From the UHGV virus genome UHGV-0174159: a stretch of 10,805 bases of DNA. The stretch is one strand, 5' to 3'. Under the pieces are notes generated by a model. It was not told the DNA's origin. It searched no databases and worked only from the letters and a program-made list of their open reading frames with translations. Positions 6,830 through 10,805 of the stretch are shown here, piece after piece (position 1 is the stretch's first letter; the number at the start of each line of letters is the position of its first letter). The DNA is from a virus. The translations under genes were made by a program, and so were the position numbers.

Positions 6830-7266
6830 AAACATTATCAGCTGGTATTATCTTTATGACAGAAGATAAAGATTTATTCATGGGACGGGTTACTGGTTCT
6901 CGTAAGCCTGGAATGATGGCACATCGCTGGGATATTCCAAAAGGCCGTGTAGAAAATTCTGATTTGAGCGCACTAGATGCAGCACGAAGAGAATGCTTAG
7001 AAGAGACCGGTTTTAGCAATTATAATCCAGACCTTCTAGAAGACCTAGGTGTATTTAAATATTCTAGTAATAAAGACTTACAGCTGTTTTATTATACGAT
7101 TCCAGTAGAGCATGAGATGTTTAGAAATTGCCCATGCGAGTCTTATTTTGAAAATAAAGATGGTGTTATGATTCCAGAGATGGATGCTTTTGCTCTTATT
7201 CCTCGTACTCAGTGGCAATATGTGATGGGTCCTTCACTTTACCGAATAATGAACAGCCTCTTTTAA
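6826..7266 (+). CDS. nudE: Nudix hydrolase (T4 NudE / e.1-like)
   Basis: Nudix box GRVENSDLSALDAARRECLEETGF; immediately upstream of lysozyme as in T4. ATG at 6826 (ATGA overlap, AGGA 8 nt upstream) preferred over the ORF-track ATG at 6811. Confidence 0.85.
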   Translation: MKTLSAGIIFMTEDKDLFMGRVTGSRKPGMMAHRWDIPKGRVENSDLSALDAARRECLEETGFSNYNPDLLEDLGVFKYSSNKDLQLFYYTIPVEHEMFRNCPCESYFENKDGVMIPEMDAFALIPRTQWQYVMGPSLYRIMNSLF

Positions 7267-8069
<803 letters not shown>

Positions 8070-8070
8070 T

Positions 8071-8116
8071 GTTTACTTCCTCCAAGGACTTTGATACTAT
8101 ACATTCATCAACTACT
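8071..8116 (+). promoter_or_regulatory. T4 early-type promoter cassette, copy 3, upstream of denV
   Basis: GTTTAC 8071-8076 (2 nt after the TAG stop), TACTAT 8095-8100, ATCAACTACT 8107-8116. Confidence 0.6.
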
Positions 8117-8124
8117 TGGAGGAA
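8077..8124 (+). promoter_or_regulatory. 10-bp inverted repeat able to sequester the denV SD, with the promoter -10 in its loop
   Basis: TTCCTCCAAG (8077-8086) is the exact reverse complement of CTTGGAGGAA (8115-8124), which contains the denV SD GGAGG; the 28-nt loop carries TACTAT and the predicted start region. Confidence 0.5.
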
Positions 8125-8127
8125 ATT

Positions 8128-8544
8128 ATGACTCGTATCAATTTAACACTTGTTTCTGAACTGACCGACCAACATCTTATGGCTGAGTATCGTGAATTGC
8201 CGCGTGTTTTTGGTATAGTTCGTAAACATGTGGCAAATGGTAAGCGGGTTAAAGATTTTAAAATATCTTCCGAGTTTATTTTAGGCTCTGGTCATGTTAC
8301 GTTCTTTTACGATAAGTTAGAATTTTTGCGAAAGCGTCAATCAGACATTATAACGGAATGCTTAAAACGTGGGTTTAGTATAAAAGATACTGAAGTTCCT
8401 GACATCAGCGATATTCCAGCAGAATGGAAAAATGATTATAATCCATGCAAATCAGCTATTAAATTGAGTCAACAACGACTCGATGAAAAAATTTTAATGA
8501 AGCCACACTGGTACAAGTATTACGGCAAAAATATTTACATTTAA
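8128..8544 (+). CDS. denV: endonuclease V, pyrimidine-dimer DNA glycosylase/AP lyase
   Basis: Translation [29 protein letters not shown]… closely matches T4 endonuclease V as recalled; N-terminal Thr2 and Glu23 conserved; 138 aa. ORF-track start 8116 is a TTG. Confidence 0.95.
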   Translation: MTRINLTLVSELTDQHLMAEYRELPRVFGIVRKHVANGKRVKDFKISSEFILGSGHVTFFYDKLEFLRKRQSDIITECLKRGFSIKDTEVPDISDIPAEWKNDYNPCKSAIKLSQQRLDEKILMKPHWYKYYGKNIYI

Positions 8545-8553
8545 AGGAAACAT

Positions 8554-9027
8554 ATGAAAACATATCAAGAATTTATCACTGAAGCAGCTATTAATTCTCA
8601 AATTATTGCTGAATCTTTTACTGATCTTTTGAAATTTAAAAAAGGTCAAAAAATCACTGCTGTATTGGATGATGGTACAGAAGTTGAGATGGATGTACAG
8701 GGATATAATTATGCAGTAGATGGAAAACTGTATAATAAATCCCATGCTAAATTTGATTCATTTGACGACTTTGTTAATACAGTTGAAGATGAAAAAACTC
8801 GTAGATCAATTTCAACTGGTGATGCTAAGGTTCTTATGGCACACGGTCATGAACGTATTCGCGCTAAACAGAATAAAATGGGTGAAGATAATTTCGCATT
8901 AGTTGGTTATCAATCTGGTAAACAAACTTATGGCTATCAGCGTACTGCTACAATGTATAATAAAAATGGTAAAATTGCCTTTGTAAATAGTAAAGGTTCT
9001 ATTCAGTACGTTAAATCGTTCAAATAA
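8554..9027 (+). CDS. internal-protein-like capsid protein with CTS (157 aa)
   Basis: N-terminus MKTYQEFITE|AAINSQIIAE|S is almost the canonical T4 CTS MKTYQEFIAE; AAGGA 6 nt upstream. Confidence 0.75.
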   Translation: MKTYQEFITEAAINSQIIAESFTDLLKFKKGQKITAVLDDGTEVEMDVQGYNYAVDGKLYNKSHAKFDSFDDFVNTVEDEKTRRSISTGDAKVLMAHGHERIRAKQNKMGEDNFALVGYQSGKQTYGYQRTATMYNKNGKIAFVNSKGSIQYVKSFK

Positions 9028-9132
9028 GCAAATAAGAAATATGGGAACAAGCTGGACCTCATGATTCTGTGAGGGATTCCCTGATACTTTTAATTAGGTC
9101 GAGCCCTAGCGCGGTAATGGGTAAATACAGAA

Positions 9133-9720
9133 ATGGACAATTCATGCGCCATGGAATGGCCCAAACCTAGAGAGAACAAAATGAGAACATTTTTAACTGG
9201 TCCTTATCTATCCCTGATGAATGCTTTTACACACCATTCTGATGCTAGAGTAGAAGAAATTTGTAAAAACGAATATATCCCGCCATTTGAAGACTTACTT
9301 AAGCAGTATTGCACACTTCGACTAGATGGTGGACGTCAATCTGGTAAATCAACTGCAGTAACTAATTTTGCCGCTAATTGGTTGTATGACGGTGGAACAG
9401 TTATTGTTCTTTCTAATACTTCAGCTTACGCTAAAATTTCTGCAAATAACATTAAAAAGGAATTTTCACGTTATTCTAATGATGATATACGTTTTCGTTT
9501 ATTTACTGATTCTGTGCGTAGTTTTATTGGTAATAAAGGAAGCAAGTTCAGAGGTTTATCGCTTTCTCGAATTTTGTATATAATTGATGAGCCTGTCAAA
9601 TCTCCTGATATGGATAAGATTTATAGTGTCCATATTGACACTGTACACTGCTGCTGTAATATTAAATGTTGTATTGGTGGTATTACTCGTCCACAGTTTT
9701 TCGTAATCGGAATGCAATGA
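9133..9720 (+). CDS. hypothetical P-loop NTPase-like protein with Cys-rich C-terminus (195 aa; alternative start at 9181)
   Basis: Walker-A-like GGRQSGKST and Walker-B-like hydrophobic run ending IIDEP; C-terminal HCCCNIKCC cluster. Confidence 0.55.
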   Translation: MDNSCAMEWPKPRENKMRTFLTGPYLSLMNAFTHHSDARVEEICKNEYIPPFEDLLKQYCTLRLDGGRQSGKSTAVTNFAANWLYDGGTVIVLSNTSAYAKISANNIKKEFSRYSNDDIRFRLFTDSVRSFIGNKGSKFRGLSLSRILYIIDEPVKSPDMDKIYSVHIDTVHCCCNIKCCIGGITRPQFFVIGMQ

Positions 9721-10046
9721 TGACAGACACTCAGCTTTTCGAATATCTTTATTTTTCGCCAAAAACTATTAAAAATAAATTGGTGAATCATTTTGAAATT
9801 TTGGCAAATAACAACATTTTGAGCGAATTTTATCCCAAGCAATACAAATTACAAAAAGGCGTATTCAAAGGATGCAGAGTTTTATGTACTGCTCCTAATG
9901 CACGGCTAATGAATAAAATTCCATATTTTACCATGGAATTTATTGATGGGCCTTTTAAAGGACTAATCACACAGAGTTTAATGGCATATGATTCTGAGCC
10001 ATTTTTAATTAAAGAACAATCTTGGATAAATTTATTTTCTAATTGA
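9717..10046 (+). CDS. hypothetical protein (109 aa)
   Basis: ATGATGA overlap with the upstream stop (TGA 9718-9720); the ORF-track extension back to 9666 lies inside the upstream gene. Confidence 0.55.
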   Translation: MMTDTQLFEYLYFSPKTIKNKLVNHFEILANNNILSEFYPKQYKLQKGVFKGCRVLCTAPNARLMNKIPYFTMEFIDGPFKGLITQSLMAYDSEPFLIKEQSWINLFSN

Positions 10047-10053
10047 GGTTTAT

Positions 10054-10416
10054 ATGAAAGCATATCAAATTCTTGAAGGCACACATAAAGGTACTATTTA
10101 TTTTGAAGACGGTATTCAAGCACGAATTATTGTCTCTAAAACCTTTAAAGCGGACTCTTTTGTAGACCCAGAAATTTTCTATGGTTTGCATGCCCGTGAA
10201 ATTGAAATTGAGCAACAGCCTACAGTTAAAATTGAAGGTGGTCAACACCTGAACGTTAACGTTCTGCGTCGCGAAACTCTGGAAGATGCAGTTAAGCATC
10301 CGGAAAAATATCCGCAGCTGACCATCCGTGTATCCGGTTATGCAGTTCGCTTTAACTCTCTGACTCCGGAACAGCAGCGCGACGTTATCGCTCGTACCTT
10401 TACCGAGAGTTTGTAA
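10054..10416 (+). CDS. grcA: autonomous glycyl-radical cofactor protein (GrcA/YfiD-like; analogous to T4 Y06I)
   Basis: C-terminal ~56 aa [56 protein letters not shown] match E. coli GrcA as recalled, including the RVSGY radical-glycine motif (Gly95, codon 10336-10338). GAGG 6 nt upstream of the ATG. Confidence 0.9.
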   Translation: MKAYQILEGTHKGTIYFEDGIQARIIVSKTFKADSFVDPEIFYGLHAREIEIEQQPTVKIEGGQHLNVNVLRRETLEDAVKHPEKYPQLTIRVSGYAVRFNSLTPEQQRDVIARTFTESL

Positions 10417-10637
10417 TGGCAAAGATAATTATTGAAGGTTCTGAAGATGTGCTAAATGCTTTCGCCGAATGGTTTAGTAATTCAGGCGAACAACAATTTA
10501 ATGAAGCCTGGAATATGGGTGATATTGATGGAATTTATCCTACGACAGAAATTTCTGTTCAGGGATATGGCATTCATGAACCTATTCGTTTAGTTGAATA
10601 TGATTTATGTACTGGTGAGGAAGTCAAATATGATTGA
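10416..10637 (+). CDS. hypothetical protein (73 aa)
   Basis: ATG overlaps the grcA-like stop (TAATG); ORF track. Confidence 0.55.
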   Translation: MAKIIIEGSEDVLNAFAEWFSNSGEQQFNEAWNMGDIDGIYPTTEISVQGYGIHEPIRLVEYDLCTGEEVKYD

Positions 10638-10746
10638 AGATATTAAAGGTTATAAGCCACATACCGACGAAAAAATCGGTAAAGTAAATGCTATTAAAGA
10701 CGCTGAAGTTCGTTTAGGACTTATCTTTGATGCTTTATACGATTAA
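10630..10746 (+). CDS. small hypothetical protein (38 aa, MIEDIKGYKPHTDEKIGKVNAIKDAEVRLGLIFDALYD)
   Basis: Below the ORF-track size cut-off; ATG overlaps the upstream stop (ATGATTGA); read by hand to TAA at 10744-10746. Confidence 0.4.
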   Translation: MIEDIKGYKPHTDEKIGKVNAIKDAEVRLGLIFDALYD

Positions 10747-10805
10747 TTTTGGGAAGCATTTGATAGCTGTGAAGATGATGAACTCGCGAAGAATTACGCC
10801 GAAAG

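Noticed and set aside
9043-9082. Imperfect nested inverted repeat downstream of the 8554 gene as a terminator
   Set aside because: The stems GGGAA/TTCCC and CCTCA/TGAGG are short with a large asymmetric bulge and no following T-tract, so there is too little support for a terminator.

Overview
This window reads as a segment of a T4-like (Tevenvirinae-type) phage genome, with every convincing gene on the + strand. Two proteins are recognisable from memory as close relatives of T4 lysozyme (e, 7303-7791) and T4 endonuclease V (denV, 8128-8544), and a Nudix hydrolase (nudE-like) sits just upstream of e. A compact cluster of 10 tRNA genes (1726-2553) is followed by about 300 nt of structured non-coding sequence. 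Three genes carry the N-terminal capsid-targeting sequence of T4 internal proteins (2944, 7788, 8554). The window ends with a chimeric GrcA/YfiD-like glycyl-radical protein (10054-10416) whose C-terminal half has host-like codon usage. The rest is small genes of unknown function, including a tandem family of two-TM membrane proteins, punctuated by repeated early-promoter cassettes, stop-adjacent promoter stem-loops, two near-identical terminators and SD-sequestering hairpins. No CRISPR array, transposase or integrase is visible. All homology statements come from reading the translations and recalling known sequences; none has been checked by a database search.
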